Positions 1-12,617 of a stretch of DNA of 64,000 bases are shown here, piece after piece. The DNA lies in NCBI RefSeq assembly GCF_001194135.2, contig NC_068981.1, positions 81,431,858-81,495,857 of the forward strand, given 5' to 3'. Made by a program: the position numbers and the translations under genes. Positions within the stretch are counted from its first letter, which is position 1. Each line of letters starts with the position of its first letter. Under the pieces are notes generated by a model. It did no database searches. It worked only from the letters and a program-made list of their open reading frames with translations, and was not told the origin of the DNA. Source of the DNA: Octopus bimaculoides. Its lineage: Eukaryota.

Positions 1-50
1 ATTATATCAAAGCTACAAACTAGATGTTGAACCAATGTGTAGGCATAGCT

Positions 51-436
51 CCGTTCCGTTGGCACTCTGTCGCTTACGACATCGAGGGTTCCTGTTGATC
101 CGATCAATGGAACAGCCTGCTCGTGAAATTAATGTGCAAGTGGCTGAGCACTCCACAGACACGTGTACCCTTAACGTAGTTCTTGGGGATATTCAGCGTG
201 ACACAGTGTGACAAGGCTGACCCTTTGGATTACAGGCACAACAGAAACAGGAAGTAAGAGTGAGAGAAAGTTGTGGTGAAAAAGTACAGCAGGGTTCGCC
301 ACCATCCCCTGCCAGAGCCTTGTGGAGCTTTAGGTGTTTTCACTCAATAAACACTCACAACGCCCGGTCTGGGAATCGAAACCGCGATCCTATGACTGCG
401 AGTCCGCTGCCCTAACCACTGGGCCATTGCGCCTCC
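51..436 (-). mobile_element. tRNA-derived SINE, family A (head GGAGGCGCAATGGCCCAGTGGTTAGGG), full length
   Basis: The minus strand starts with A-box TGGCCCAGTGGTTAG and B-box GGTTTCGATTCCC. Near-identical copies lie at 9412-9803 and 11021-11402. Flanked by AGGCATAGCT (41-50) / AGGCACAGCT (437-446), a probable TSD. Confidence 0.9.
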
Positions 437-467
437 AGGCACAGCTAAACACTAGTTAAAAAAAAAC

Positions 468-812
468 ATGTGGTTAAGAAGCTTCCTTCATAACAACATG
501 TTTACAGGTTCAATTTCACTGCACAGTACCTCGGGCAACTGTCTTCTACTATAGCCCCTAACCAATGCCTTGTGAATTTGGTAGAGATGAAAACTGTGTG
601 GAAGCTTTTCGTGTAGGTTTGTGTGTGTCTCCTCAGCACTGCTTGACAACCAGTGTTGGTTTCTTTATATCCCAGTAACTTAGTAGTTCATCAAAAGAGA
701 CTGATAGAATAAATAACAGACTTAAATATAAGTACTGGAGTTAATTTATTTGATTAAACTGTACAAGGCAGTGCTCCAGCATGGCAGCAGTCCAATGACT
801 GAAACAAGTAAA
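468..812 (+). mobile_element. Degenerate tRNA-derived SINE, family B
   Basis: Matches by eye the younger copy at 12887-13285 (GTGGTTAAGAAGCTT head, GCTTGACAACC core, GTGCTCCAGCATGG...TGACTGAAACAAGTAAAA tail). Confidence 0.75.
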
Positions 813-1409
813 AAATGCTTATGCATACACATACACAAACTGACATACATACATGAACACATACATACATACAACACACACACACATGTATGTGGGTGTA
901 AGAAACGAGAAAAGAGAAGCTGCTGGAATGTCCAATGATTTCAACAGAAATTGAAAGTATTTCCTCAAATGCCAAGTATATAGGAAATGTGTTACAGTAA
1001 CTATTTTGTTTCTGATAACAGTAACACTATAGAGCTTGTTATGTTTATGAGAGAGAGAGAGAGAGAGAGCATATTTGTGTGTCTGTATATGCATGTACTG
1101 CATGCATGCATGCATGCGTGTGTGTGTGAGAGAGAGAGAGAGAGATGTAATGATATATATGTATGTAAATAGATAGAGGTGACAGACAGATAGATAGGCA
1201 GACAGACAGATGAATAGTAAAGAGAAAAATTAAGAAAAGATAGAACATCTTTATGAATGTGGGGTCTAACTGTGATTCCGTATTACAGTGAGTAACAAAT
1301 AAAAGGAGCTTTGATGAAAGAACAAAGATGGAGTTATTTACTGTCTGGTAGTATTTCTACTTTTGATATCATATGAGAGATAGTACTTCTCATTTTCCAC
1401 TTTCTCCAC

Positions 1410-1625
1410 CTGTGGCAGAATGCATGACAACATGAGACAATTGCCTACACAGTATTCAATTTTTGGCAAGAGCATTCAAGGAAACTATGTCAAGAACTAC
1501 CCATGCTGTGATGTTAGTTATATGTCTATCTCTTAGGATGCTAACCTCCATTTCTCTTTCCTTTAATCATGCCTTCCAAACAGATTCTGCAGATCCCACA
1601 AACCATTTGCTTAATGTGGCCAAGT
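1410..1625 (-). pseudogene. Old RTE-like LINE C-terminal remnant
   Basis: The minus strand translates GHIK...LEGMIKGKRNGG, resembling the RTE C-terminal GHV.R...LEG.IEGKR.RGR. It contains stops. Confidence 0.3.
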
Positions 1626-2956
1626 CAGTTTCAGTATTCTATTTCTAATGGCAGAAGTGATTGGTGGTAATTTGTTTGGGATATGACATTAAACTGTTGA
1701 TCTGGTGGTGAGACTCCAGTTTGGGAATTCTGGAGTTTTTGATAGAGTGGAGTCACTCCTTAATTACTATTACTCATTCCCAGGTCTGTTCTGACCTGAA
1801 GCAGTAGTACCTGTTAGGATCCCAACTATGGGTTAAATAGATTTTTGTAAGAGTAGTTTGAGCTCCTTAGCTGTGGTGAAGGCAATCAACTTAGGAGAAG
1901 GAGAATTCCAAAATTAACACCTTCCAATATGCCCTAAGCCAATATGGAAAAGTATGGTTGATCAAACTAATATGAGGTATTTCCATTAACATAGTCCTTC
2001 TATGTACATCAAACATCTCCCATACAGAAATATAAACATTCAGTGGATGCTCCATCGATTTTCACAAATAGCTTTCAGCTTTTCACTGGGCTAAATGTTC
2101 ATCCTGTTAAATTAACATCTAAGTGGCTGAGGACTCCACAGGCAAGTGTACTCTTAACATATGTCCCAAGCTGAATCAGCATGATTCAATGTATGTGTGA
2201 CAAGGTTGGACTTACAAATTATGTATACAATAAATTTGCTGGGTTTCTGTCTACTCAGTTTTCCTCACAAGGTTTCATGTAAACTCAAGGTTATTGTAAA
2301 CATACTTACCCAATATGCCATACAGTATAATTGAAACCAAGACCCCATGATTATAAAACAAACTTCTTAATCGCTGTCATACCTGCAACTCAATGTGTGT
2401 GTGTGGGGGGTGGTGGGGGTGCATGTATCTAGACAAGCATAAACACAATGAATGTGAAAGTCAAGATAATTGTTTTACAGATTAAAGAGTTTATCATTTT
2501 CAATTCTTACTACAACCATTGCCTTGTGCTCTTGAATAAATCTCATAAACTCTCTCTCTCACCACACACACACACAATGTTTATGGTTGTCTATTGACAC
2601 TGATGATGACAATTTTCTTACACATACACATGATTATTTACATTTATCTTGTTTTTCTCTTGATATGTGTATTCGTGTATGCACGTCTGTGTGCATGTTT
2701 CTCTTTCATGTCTGCATATGTATTTAAGTGCATGTGTATGTGCTTCTCTGTATGCAAGTGTGTATGTGTTTGTGGTGTGTGTGTGTGTGTGTCCACGTGT
2801 GTGGAGCATGTGCGTGTGCATATGCACATGTATTTGTGTGTATGCATGCGTGTTAGCATTAGAACTAAAATATACTAATATAGTGATGTGGATATAAGCT
2901 GAAGAAACAGTCTATAGAGAATTGAATTCTTTCTCCTTGAATTCGTTTGTCACTGT

Positions 2957-3680
2957 TTTGAGGAATTTCAACCATGTTTCGTGGTCTGCTACCACAACAG
3001 CTCCTTTATAGGATCCAGTTAGCTGAAGACATCATCAGGAGGAACCACATCCGGTTTCGGCCCCTACTCCTCTACCGTTTTGACGTGGCGGGGCCCCTCC
3101 TTTCGGAGGTGTCTTCAGCTCTGGTGTTGGGTGCATGTCTTCTTTCACTGTTTGTGACTGTTCTAATTCAACTGTGGAATGTCCCTCGCTATGGTTATTT
3201 TCCAGGAGGTTTTGGCCACACGTCTTACGGTTCATCAACCCGCGTTGTTGAATTACTTTCTTCTGACATACCTTCCCTTGGTGGATTAGNNNNNNNNNNN
3301 NNNNNNNNNNNNNNNNNNNNNNNNNNNNNNNNNNNNNNNNNNNNNNNNNNNNNNNNNNNNNNNNNNNNNNNNNNNNNNNNNNNNNNNNNNNNNNNNNNNT
3401 TTTGAGGAATTTCAACCATGTTTCGTGGTCTGCTACCACAACAGCTCCTTTATAGGATCCAGTTAGCTGAAGACATCATCAGGAGGAACCACATCCGGTT
3501 TCGGCCCCTACTCCTCTACCGTTTTGACGTGGCGGGGCCCCTCCTTTCGGAGGTGTCTTCAGCTCTGGTGTTGGGTGCATGTCTTCTTTCTTCTATTCCC
3601 TGGCCTCTTCGATGCAGCATCAACGAGTGTCAGCGTCCAACTGATCGTCGTGTCAAGTTCCCCTTTTTATATCTGCTGCT
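2957..3680 (-). mobile_element. Unclassified repeat with a duplicated ~190-bp terminal block; possible Penelope-type pseudo-LTR arrangement
   Basis: 2957-3147 is repeated at 3400-3590 across a 110-N gap, but the two copies continue into different sequence on their right. The block contains CTGATGA...GAAAC on the minus strand, and TATAAAAAGG lies upstream (~3660-3672). Confidence 0.35.
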
Positions 3681-3848
3681 AGGCTCCAGCAGGCAGCCCC
3701 AGCTAGTTGTCACGTGACACTGTCTAAATTTCCCGCTGCTAGGGTCCAGTAGGCAGCACCAGCAAGTTGTCACATGACACTGTCTAAACTTCCCGCTGCT
3801 AGGCTCCAGCAAGTAGCTCCAGAAAGTTGTCACATGACACTGTCTGAA
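3673..3848. repeat. Tandem repeat, about 3 x 60 bp
   Basis: Units of the form C(T/C)GCTGCTAGG(C/G)TCCAG...AGTTGTCAC(G/A)TGACACTGTCT recur with an exact 60-nt period (TGTCT at 3721, 3781, 3841). Confidence 0.95.
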
Positions 3849-4299
3849 CAACAATGCAGAATAATAATCACAAAGAATGAATTCTAAGTTTTCACAAAAA
3901 GACAGTAAAATAGGATTCTAAATCCACAGAATTAGTGCTGAATTTGAATTGAAATAGCTGTATGCTTCTTATGTAAATATTTCTCATGATTAAATTGTCA
4001 GGAAAAAGGATTGCCACTGCAAGGCCACCTTCTTAATATTTTTCTTTACTTAATTCAGGCACAACCACCACAAGGTTCAGTCCATGTTACTGTGAGGTGG
4101 CTTATGTGCCTCAAAGACACTGAATCATTGCTGTGTTAAAGTATGGGCACACTGGGCCTAAGGAGCCCAGTTCTGATCCATGTACAGTCATGGCCAAAGG
4201 TTTGGAACATATTTTAAAAATTAAAATTGTTATGCCCAAGTACAATTCAATTCAAATATATACAATGTATATAGGATAAAGACCCCCTTAGGTCATGTA

Positions 4300-4608
4300 T
4301 GATCATGGGATTGCACCTAGAAGGTTCCCCTCCAAGGCATAATTCCTGGCAAAGTTGTTTATGGGAGACCAGCAGTTGCCGATGCATACAGCCTTCCCTC
4401 CCCTTGCCACTGATGTTATCCAAGGAAAAGACAAAGGCCAATACAGCTTGGCACCAGTGATGACGCAATTTATTTCTGCAGATGAATAAACTGGAGCAAC
4501 GTGAAATAAAGTGTCTTGCTCAAGAACACAACACACAGCCCGGTCTGGAAATCAAACTCACTACCTCACAATTACGAGCCTGACACTCTAATCACTGAGC
4601 GATGGGGC
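4300..4608 (-). mobile_element. tRNA-derived SINE with CORE-like domain
   Basis: Minus head GCTCAGTGATTAGAGTG...GAGTTTGATTTCC is followed by GTGTTCTTGAGCAAGACACTTT...CAGTTTATTCATCTG, resembling the CORE-SINE GTGACCTTGGGCAAGTCACTT...CAGTTTCCTCATCTG motif. Confidence 0.7.
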
Positions 4609-6769
4609 ATTTAATATTAAAATTCTAATTTTCATACCTATGCTCCAAACTTTTGGCCAAGTAATAATATATTGCAAATTAAATATAACTGGGCATTTAA
4701 TGTGAAAATTCCAATTTTCATACCTATGTTCCAAACTTTTGGCCATGACTGCATACTGTGGCTTACACTCAATAAATAATATAGGCCTCAGTGTAGTGAT
4801 TTATCTGCAGGCCTATAATGCTGTTGAGATGGCTCTGCACTGAAAGCTATACCAGTGGAACACAAACTCTTAGTAGAGCCTACTATGCTGGACAGGTTCA
4901 AAGTAAAGAGGCTAGACTAATATGGACCACCACTTCCCAGAGGTAAAAATGGGTTTGTAGAGGGCCAACACCCCTAGCTAGAAAAATGCAAACTTACAGA
5001 AGCATCAATGACAATTCAAAACCAATGAGACCTGGAAGAAAGCTTTCCCTCGGGGATGAAACATGAAGGATATTACAGGTAATGCAGGTGGTAAGGATTT
5101 AATTGGAGAGAAGCAGAAATAACATCCCAGACTCTAGAACAGTGAAGAAAAGTCATTGAAAGAAAGGCTTAACTATTATTATATCTGAAATTCTCAAAAC
5201 TGCCTATTTTTTAAATCTTTACTGGTTCCATAAGTACCAGTAATACAATGGAGCTAGTGAAATAACTGTAATTTTTAAGCAGATATTTGGAACATAAATT
5301 GACATAGAATTTTGATGGAAAGATTTAATTTAAATCATTTTAAAACAAGAAGTTTGCATCATAGAACTCTTCTAGTCTCAGGCACGATGGTATCAAAAGA
5401 GTTAAAAGCAAGACTTGTAGCTACAAATACTATCAATATATTTGTTGTTTCTTCAACGTAAAGACAGGGTCAACCTTACTTAACAACCAAAGCTGACTTT
5501 ACTTACCTGCTGAGAGGATATCAGCTAAATGTAGTTAAACAACCATAAAAATCTATCCAGTTCAGTACATGAGAAGCTTTTAACCTTTAAAATTTTACAT
5601 GTGTAGTCAATATTACAAATGAAATATATATTACCTATATAGCTCAAAGATCTTGGTTCAGCACACATGAAATAATGTTCTTCTTGATGTCATTATCAAT
5701 TATTCATATTTTTAAAATTAATGTGAAAGACAGGTAACCTTAGGAACATCTTTTTTTATATTTGCCTATATCCCATGAAGACCATCTAATCTTGGCTTAT
5801 AAATTCTATATTTAGTGCTTTCCTTTTTGTGTAGCACTTCCTTGTCATGGGAAATATGTTATATTTTGCCTTACATAAAAGAACAAAAAATGAAAAACAA
5901 ATTTCAAGCAATAAAATAAAGACTGAAAGAAAAAAGGGAAAAAACATAACAGAACAGTTCACAAATCCTTCCTTCCTCCCTACCTTCCCCTAGCTCTAAA
6001 GTCTAGTAATACCCTGTTGAATAATAATAAATAAAACTGAAGGATAACAATGTGGCACTCCTTAGCAGTTGACCTACTTCTCTTGGTGACCTTGGGCTGA
6101 AATAATAAACACTTACTTGGTGGTGCCTACTTTGCTTTGTAGTAAAGGAGTGCAGGAAAATCTTTCAACTGAAGTGATTAACACCACAACCACCATCAAA
6201 ACTGCCACTGCTGCCAGTATTATGATTGTTGTTGCTATTCCGGTTGAAAGGAGGAATCAGTGGAATGTCAGACTAAGTGTCTTGTATTAGTTAATTTCTG
6301 TATTTTAATTTCAAGTCCCACTTTATTTGCTATCATTGCTGGGATCAGCGAAGTAAGTACCAGTAATATATTGTGAATTTATTATAAATCTGCTAGGCCT
6401 TTCCTTGCAAAATGCGTTGCACTTGGATTGGCAAACTCATTAAAGTGATGGACGAAATGAAATACCTAGTGGTATTTGTTACAGGTTACATTCTGGTTTC
6501 AAATCTCACCTAAGTCAACTTTGCCTTTCATTCTTCCAGAATTGATAAATAAAGTTGATAAATAAAGCAAGTACAGCTGTGTATTTAAGAAGCTTGCTTT
6601 GCAACCACATGATTTTATGGGTCAGTGCTACTGAGTGAGACCTTGGGCAAGTGTTGTCAATCCTCATTAATATTTCCTTCAAGACTAGACATGTTTTTCG
6701 TGAAAGACAGGGTCCACCCCAAAAAACCATGCCCTATATAAATTTTTTTGAGCAGTAATATATAATATT

Positions 6770-6799
<30 letters not shown>

Positions 6800-6800
<1 letters not shown>

Positions 6801-6936
6801 CTCTCATCACCCAACGAACTTTTCTTTCTGTGTTCCTTTCTGTGGAAGAGCGTAGGCTCGAAACGTTAAAGACTTTTTCACTTCCCGAGCTTTAGACTAA
6901 TACATCTGTTTGTTGTCTACAGCACCTGTCTTCGTC
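6800..6936 (+). repeat. Dispersed repeat carrying a hammerhead-like motif (copy 1 of 3)
   Basis: CTTT-CTGTGGA-A-GAGC GTAG GCTC-GAA-ACGT-T-AAAG at 6836-6871; homologous to 20150-20345 (-) and 35830-36095 (+). Truncated by a gap. Confidence 0.75.
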
Positions 6937-7114
6937 NNNNNNNNNNNNNNNNNNNNNNNNNNNNNNNNNNNNNNNNNNNNNNNNNNNNNNNNNNNNNNNN
7001 NNNNNNNNNNNNNNNNNNNNNNNNNNNNNNNNNNNNNNNNNNNNNNNNNNNNNNNNNNNNNNNNNNNNNNNNNNNNNNNNNATATATACATACATATATA
7101 CATATATACACAAT

Positions 7115-7276
7115 GGGTTTCTTTCAATTTCCACCAACCAGATTCACTTACAAGGTTTTGGTCAGCCCAATGCTAAAAGAGAAGACACTTGCCAAAGAAG
7201 CCATGTAGTGGGACTGAACCCCCAAATATATGGTTGGGAAGCAAGCTTCTTAACCATACAGCCATGCAAGCCTGCA
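7115..7276 (-). mobile_element. SINE family B 5' half, degenerate
   Basis: Reverse complement of the GGCTGTATGGTTAAGAAGCTTGCTTCCCAACCA...GGTTCAGTCCCACT head. Confidence 0.7.
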
Positions 7277-8439
7277 AATATAATGTTCAAAAATTATTAC
7301 CACCATTTCATAACTTATATCTTATATCAGATAGATAGCATGAAAAATAAAACACCTACTTGTTTAAGACTGAACCTACATAACATACATTACCTTTAAA
7401 AAACAAATTGCAGATGTTGTTTCAATGAAAAGAAAGAAAAGAGGACAAAATTGAAACAAAAATCTTGGAATGTTGATAATATTTGGAAATACTGAAAAGC
7501 ATATTACAGTAATTTAGTGTTCTCTTCTTGATTCCAGTTTCAAATTCCAGCAAGCTCAATAAGATTAAACTAGACTTCCATTATTACTTCAGAGTTTAGG
7601 GCAGTGGACTGATTATCATAATCGATGGAGCATCAGATAAAATGTCTAGTGGTATTTGTTTTTGAAATCCTGCTGAGGTCAACTTTGCTTTTTACTATTT
7701 CAGGGTGGATAAAATAAAGTACTAGTCATGAACTTGGCTCAACACAATCAACTTGCCATCCTCCTGTAATATTTCAGGCCTTGGGCCTATGATAGAAACA
7801 ATTAAACACACTATAATATTCTCTCTATATATAACATTCTCTCTATATACATTCTCTCTATATATAACATTCTCTCTCTCTCTCTCTCTCTCTCTCCCTC
7901 TCTCTTTCTCCCTGTATATTGAGATACACAACTGTAAAGAGAAAGTACCTTCTCTTCACATTTATGTGGTTCTTTTTTGTTGTAGTTATACTAAATGGGG
8001 AATACATATTTACATTTCAAACAAAACCAACAGGCTGATTGTAAAGACTACATATGAAACAAAATGTAAATAGGAAAACGCACTGGATACTCACAGTGCT
8101 TATAGAGAAATTGGATTGCAAGACAAGGAGAGTGGGGGGTGCATTGCAGAGACTATGGCAGCCTGCTTTTCAAAGGAGTAGTAGGCCCCTAGCCATATCA
8201 TTAATCCTTATGGGGCTTGATCTTTGAAAGGAGTCATATCTTTGTTTTGACATAGATATGTTGAAATACTAGGAGAGACACATTAAACAAGTCATTTAAA
8301 CTGAATAGTGCTATAAATAATACTTTATAATTTAATGGGTTAAAAACCCTTAGGTTAAAGATGTGTTTCAAGTGCCATGAGTAGCTTTCTGCCGTTTTTT
8401 TTCCATCCAAGGGACTTTTAACCCAATATCATCATTATT

Positions 8440-8863
8440 AACATCATCATTTAATGTTTACTTTCCTATGCTTGTATAGGTTAGACAAAATTTACTGAAG
8501 CAGATTTTTTACAGCTGGATGCCCTTCTTGTTGCCAACCTTCACCTGTTTCCAAGCAAGGTAGTATTTCTCATGGTCAGACATATTTTCCTCAGAAAACT
8601 GGAAATGAGCCTACATCACTTGTATAACAGCGATACTCATTTACAACCATCACATGATGTCATCCCAAGGGCATACACAAACACACACACACACACATAT
8701 ATATGATGGGTTTCCTTCAGTTTCCATCTATTAAATCCAGTCACAAAGCTTTGGTCAACCCATGACTATAGTAGAAGACACTTGCTCAAGGTGCCATGCA
8801 GTGGGATTGAACCTAAGTTCACATGATTGGGAAGCAAGCTTCTCAACTACACAGCCACATCTG
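8440..8863 (-). mobile_element. SINE with family-B head and an alternative 3' region
   Basis: B-type head, then GGTTGGCAACAAGAAGGGCATCCAGCTG and an ATG-repeat tail. The same architecture occurs at 11820-12200 (+). Confidence 0.7.
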
Positions 8864-9411
8864 TACATGGCTGTATTTGTTTCATGATGTACAGTTAGAG
8901 GACTTATTTATGTAATAACATTACTTTCAAGTGGTAAATACCATTTTTTTATAATACAAATTTTTATTTAGTTTTATTAAAAGACCTTTTCTCTTGTAGA
9001 ACAACAAATTTTTTTCACAGAACCCAGGTGTTTGTAAACTCACTTTGAGAAACACTCAAGTACCATGTTTTGGACATACTCTCTTAAATGTGTGTGTGTG
9101 TGTGCAATTAGCTGCAGAAGGAGGGAGTAGACAGCAGAAGCATTATTCCAACATCTGAGCAAGGATGGGCCATAAGAGTAAGATGTAAATAAACTGGCTC
9201 TTGTCCAGTCTTGATCAAGTAGACCTATCTATGATCAAATGATTCCAGTTGTGACTAGCCAATTTTATTTTCAGACATAATGTATCTTGGATTACATTAT
9301 CCAATGTGTTCTTCCTGTTTTAAGAGAGTTTGGGGTGATTTAAGTAAGATATAGATGCTATTGTAAAGATGCTTTCTTGTTTAGTAGTTACAAATGAAAT
9401 AAGAACATAAT

Positions 9412-9803
9412 GTTTTTTTGTTTGTTGGCACTCCGTCGCTAACAACGTCGGGGGTTCCAGTTGATCCGATCAACGGAACAGCCTGCTTGTGAGATGAACG
9501 TGCAAGTGGCTGAGCACTCCACAGACACGTGTATCCTTAACGTAGTTCTCGGGGATATTCAGCGTGACACAGTGTGACAAGACTGACCCTTTGAATTACA
9601 GGCACAACAGAAACAGGAAGTAAGAGTGAGAGAAAGTTGTGGTGAAAGAGTACAGCAGGGTTCGCCACCATCCCCTGCTGGAGCCCCGTGGAGCTTTAGG
9701 TGTTTTCGCTCAATAAACACTCACAAAGCCCGGTCTGGGAATCGAAACCGCGATCTTATAACCGCGAGTCCACTGCCCTAACCACTGGGCCATTGCGCCT
9801 CCC
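9412..9803 (-). mobile_element. SINE family A, full length
   Basis: Homologous to 51-436; 10-bp TSD AGAACATAAT at 9402-9411 and 9804-9813. Confidence 0.9.
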
Positions 9804-10839
9804 AGAACATAATAAACATGAAGAAAAAAGAAACTCAAATACAATTTTAAAAAACTGGGAGATTTAACTGCTATTTCTTGCAAGTCAAACATTGTTGGTT
9901 TATTAGCCCATTACAAATATAGTAGGAGCTTAATGTAGATAAAGAAAAAAAATGTAAAAAATGACATAAATAAAACAAAAAGCAAATTAACATGGAAAGA
10001 TTAATTTCTTCAAAGGAGTAAAATACATCTGTTTGGAAATGTTTGGCTGATGTAGTAATCCATCTGTTTAAATAATTATTGTCTAGAGTTTATAGCCCAT
10101 CTCCCTCTCCCCACTCTCTCTCGTTCTCTTTGACTCTAAATGCGTTGATTCAGTGGCATGTTTATGTTCAAACTGTAGTACCTGGTGTTGTTTGATTTAT
10201 GAGCTCTGACATCAAGAAAGACAGGTCTACATTCATCACATGTGAAATGAAAACTATCCTTTCCACTTGGAAACATTTCCATTCTCAAAGAAAAGGCTTC
10301 ATCATCATATTAATTAGATTAAAGATTTTTCTCATGAGAATTTGAGTAAAACAATGTGTTTTTGTCTTATTTTTGTTTTTTTAATGGATTTTAGACAAAC
10401 TTTCAAATGTATAATTAAAAATACAACAAATTTCAATGAATTTAATTTCTCAAAGGGAATTGTTTAAGGAGTGAAATGTTCCTTAAATTATTATTTTAAT
10501 TTCAATAGGAGCAACACTATCAGCAAACACAAAGTCCAGTGTCTGTCACTAATGAAGAGAAACATGTTAAAACGATGATGATGATAAAGGACACACACAC
10601 ACACACACACACACACAAGTAAATAAAGATATTTCTAATAAAATTTTATTTGTTTGCCTATGTTTGCCAATAAACTCTTCTGAGTTATCCTTATTTTTAA
10701 TCTTTTCTGAATTTTTAAAATTGTAAAGCTAATTTACAGACACTCTGTACTTTTGAAGATGGCTTGACTTATAAGAAGAAAGCAATCCATATAAGCTAAA
10801 ATTCCAGGTAAAACAGATTGGTCACAGAGTATGAATACC

Positions 10840-10871
<32 letters not shown>

Positions 10872-11020
10872 CATACATACATACATATTTGCAAGTGTAT
10901 GAGTGAGTAAGGTAATTCATACACACAAACATTAAACTATAAACATTAATCTGTGTGATACAGTGTTATATATATAGAACAATGTTACTAAATTCATGGA
11001 TTTAATTATATGTTAAACCT

Positions 11021-11402
11021 GTTGTTGGCACTCCGTCGCTTACGACGTCGAGGGTTCCAGTTGATCCGATCAACAGAACAGCTTGCTCGTGAAATTAACA
11101 TGCAAGTGGCTGAGCACTCCACAGACACGTGTACCCTTAACATAGTTCTCGGGGATATTCAGCGTGACACAGTGTGACAAGGCTGGCCCTTTGAAATACA
11201 GGTACAACAGAAACAGGAAGAAAGAGTGAGAGAAAGTTGTGGTGAAAGAGTACAGCAGGGTTTGCCACTATCCCCTGCCGGAGCCTCATGGAGCTTTAGG
11301 TGTTTTTGCTCAATAAACACTCACAACGCCCAGTCTGGGAATCGAAACCACGATCCTATGACTGCGAGTCCGCTGCCCTAACCACTGGGCCATTGCGCCT
11401 CC
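11021..11402 (-). mobile_element. SINE family A, full length
   Basis: Homologous to 51-436; imperfect TSD ATATGTTAAACCT / ACATATTAAACCT. Confidence 0.9.
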
Positions 11403-11589
11403 ACATATTAAACCTATACACATGCATACACACAAACAAAATGCTATTTGCATTATAATTAGAGGGGATGGCAGGGGATCAACACTCCTGGCAGTCTGAT
11501 GTGCTTGCAAAGACATGTCAAGCTAAGTAAAAGCATGGTTGCCCTTGCATACAGGCTCATCCCTTGCAACCCTCTCCAGTTGAGCATCT

Positions 11590-11810
11590 CTAACTTTGCA
11601 GGCTTGTAAGTGCTAGTGCCATGTAAAAAGCACCCAGTACACTCTGTAAAGTGGTTGGCATTAGGAAGGGTATCCAGCCATAGAAACCATGCCAAAACAG
11701 ACAGGGAGCCTGAACAGCCCTTCAGCTGGTCAGCTCTTGTAAAACTGTCCAACCCATGCCCGTGTGGAAAACGGACATTAAATGAGGATGATGATGATGA
11801 CGATGATGTC
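11590..11810 (+). mobile_element. SINE 3' half with (GAT)n tail
   Basis: GGTTGGCATTAGGAAGGGTATCCAGCCATAGAAACC...AAACGGACATTAAATGAGGATGATGATG; shares motifs with 8440-8863. Confidence 0.6.
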
Positions 11811-11819
11811 ACATGGAAG

Positions 11820-12200
11820 GAGGTGTGTGGTTAAGAGGGTTGCTTCCCAACCACATGGTTTTGCCTTCAATCCCCCATTGTAAGTATCTTCTACTGTAGT
11901 CCTGAGATTTGGAAGATGGATACTGAAAGAAACCTGTTGTATATGTGTGCATATGTCTGTATGTGAGTATGTGTGAAGTTTGTGTCTCTTTGTCTTGGCA
12001 TTGCATTGATAGTTGTAAATGAGTGTCACTGTCATACAAGCGGTGTCATTCATCTCGAATCTCTCAACAAAACCCGTCTGGCCATTGGGGAATACTAACT
12101 TGCTTGGAAACATGAAAGTTGGTGAAAGACATCTGGCCATAGAAAACCTGCCTCAATAAACTTCATCCGACCCATGCAAGCATGGAAAAGTGGACATTAA
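11820..12200 (+). mobile_element. SINE, B head with alternative tail, degenerate
   Basis: GTGTGGTTAAGAGGGTTGCTTCCCAACCACATGG head; ACCCATGCAAGCATGGAAAAGTGGACATTAA tail. Confidence 0.65.
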
Positions 12201-12617
12201 CACTAGGATAGTAGTCGTGGTGGTGGTTATGCTGCTGTTGCTGCTGATGATGATGAACACACACACTCATATATATACGCAGTATAATCTAGAGGAATAG
12301 CATGTATGGGTTAACATCTGAAAATGAAATCATTTTAACATGTTGCATTAGCATGTGGAAACCCACACAATTACCTTTTAGACACACAATTACCTTTTAG
12401 ATAATGTTGAATCCAAGTAGTAGCAGACAAACAGCAACAGATTAGAAATACCAAAGATAGCTTGGGACATATAGTGAAAGGTTAACACATATATCATCAG
12501 CCTAAGATATCCTATCCTCATCATCAACTGGCTAACCAACTAACAAGCTATATTAAGATAACCAAATACTACATACTAGAATCATGTATAACAAATATGA
12601 CTGAATGTGAAACCATA

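Noticed and set aside
3673-3848. Regularly spaced repeats as a possible CRISPR array
   Set aside because: The whole 60-bp unit is repeated with no unique spacers, the context is eukaryotic, and there are no cas genes.
10182-10283. FTCDECRPVF as a C2H2 zinc finger
   Set aside because: The correctly spaced HxxxH pair is missing and there is no tandem array.
10509-10620. Strong plus-strand acceptor (ttattattttaatttcaatAG|GAGCAACAC...) with open frame EQHYQQTQSPVSVTNEEKHVK
   Set aside because: There is no matching donor, it runs into a microsatellite, and it conflicts in strand with the other candidates. Unresolved without RNA data.
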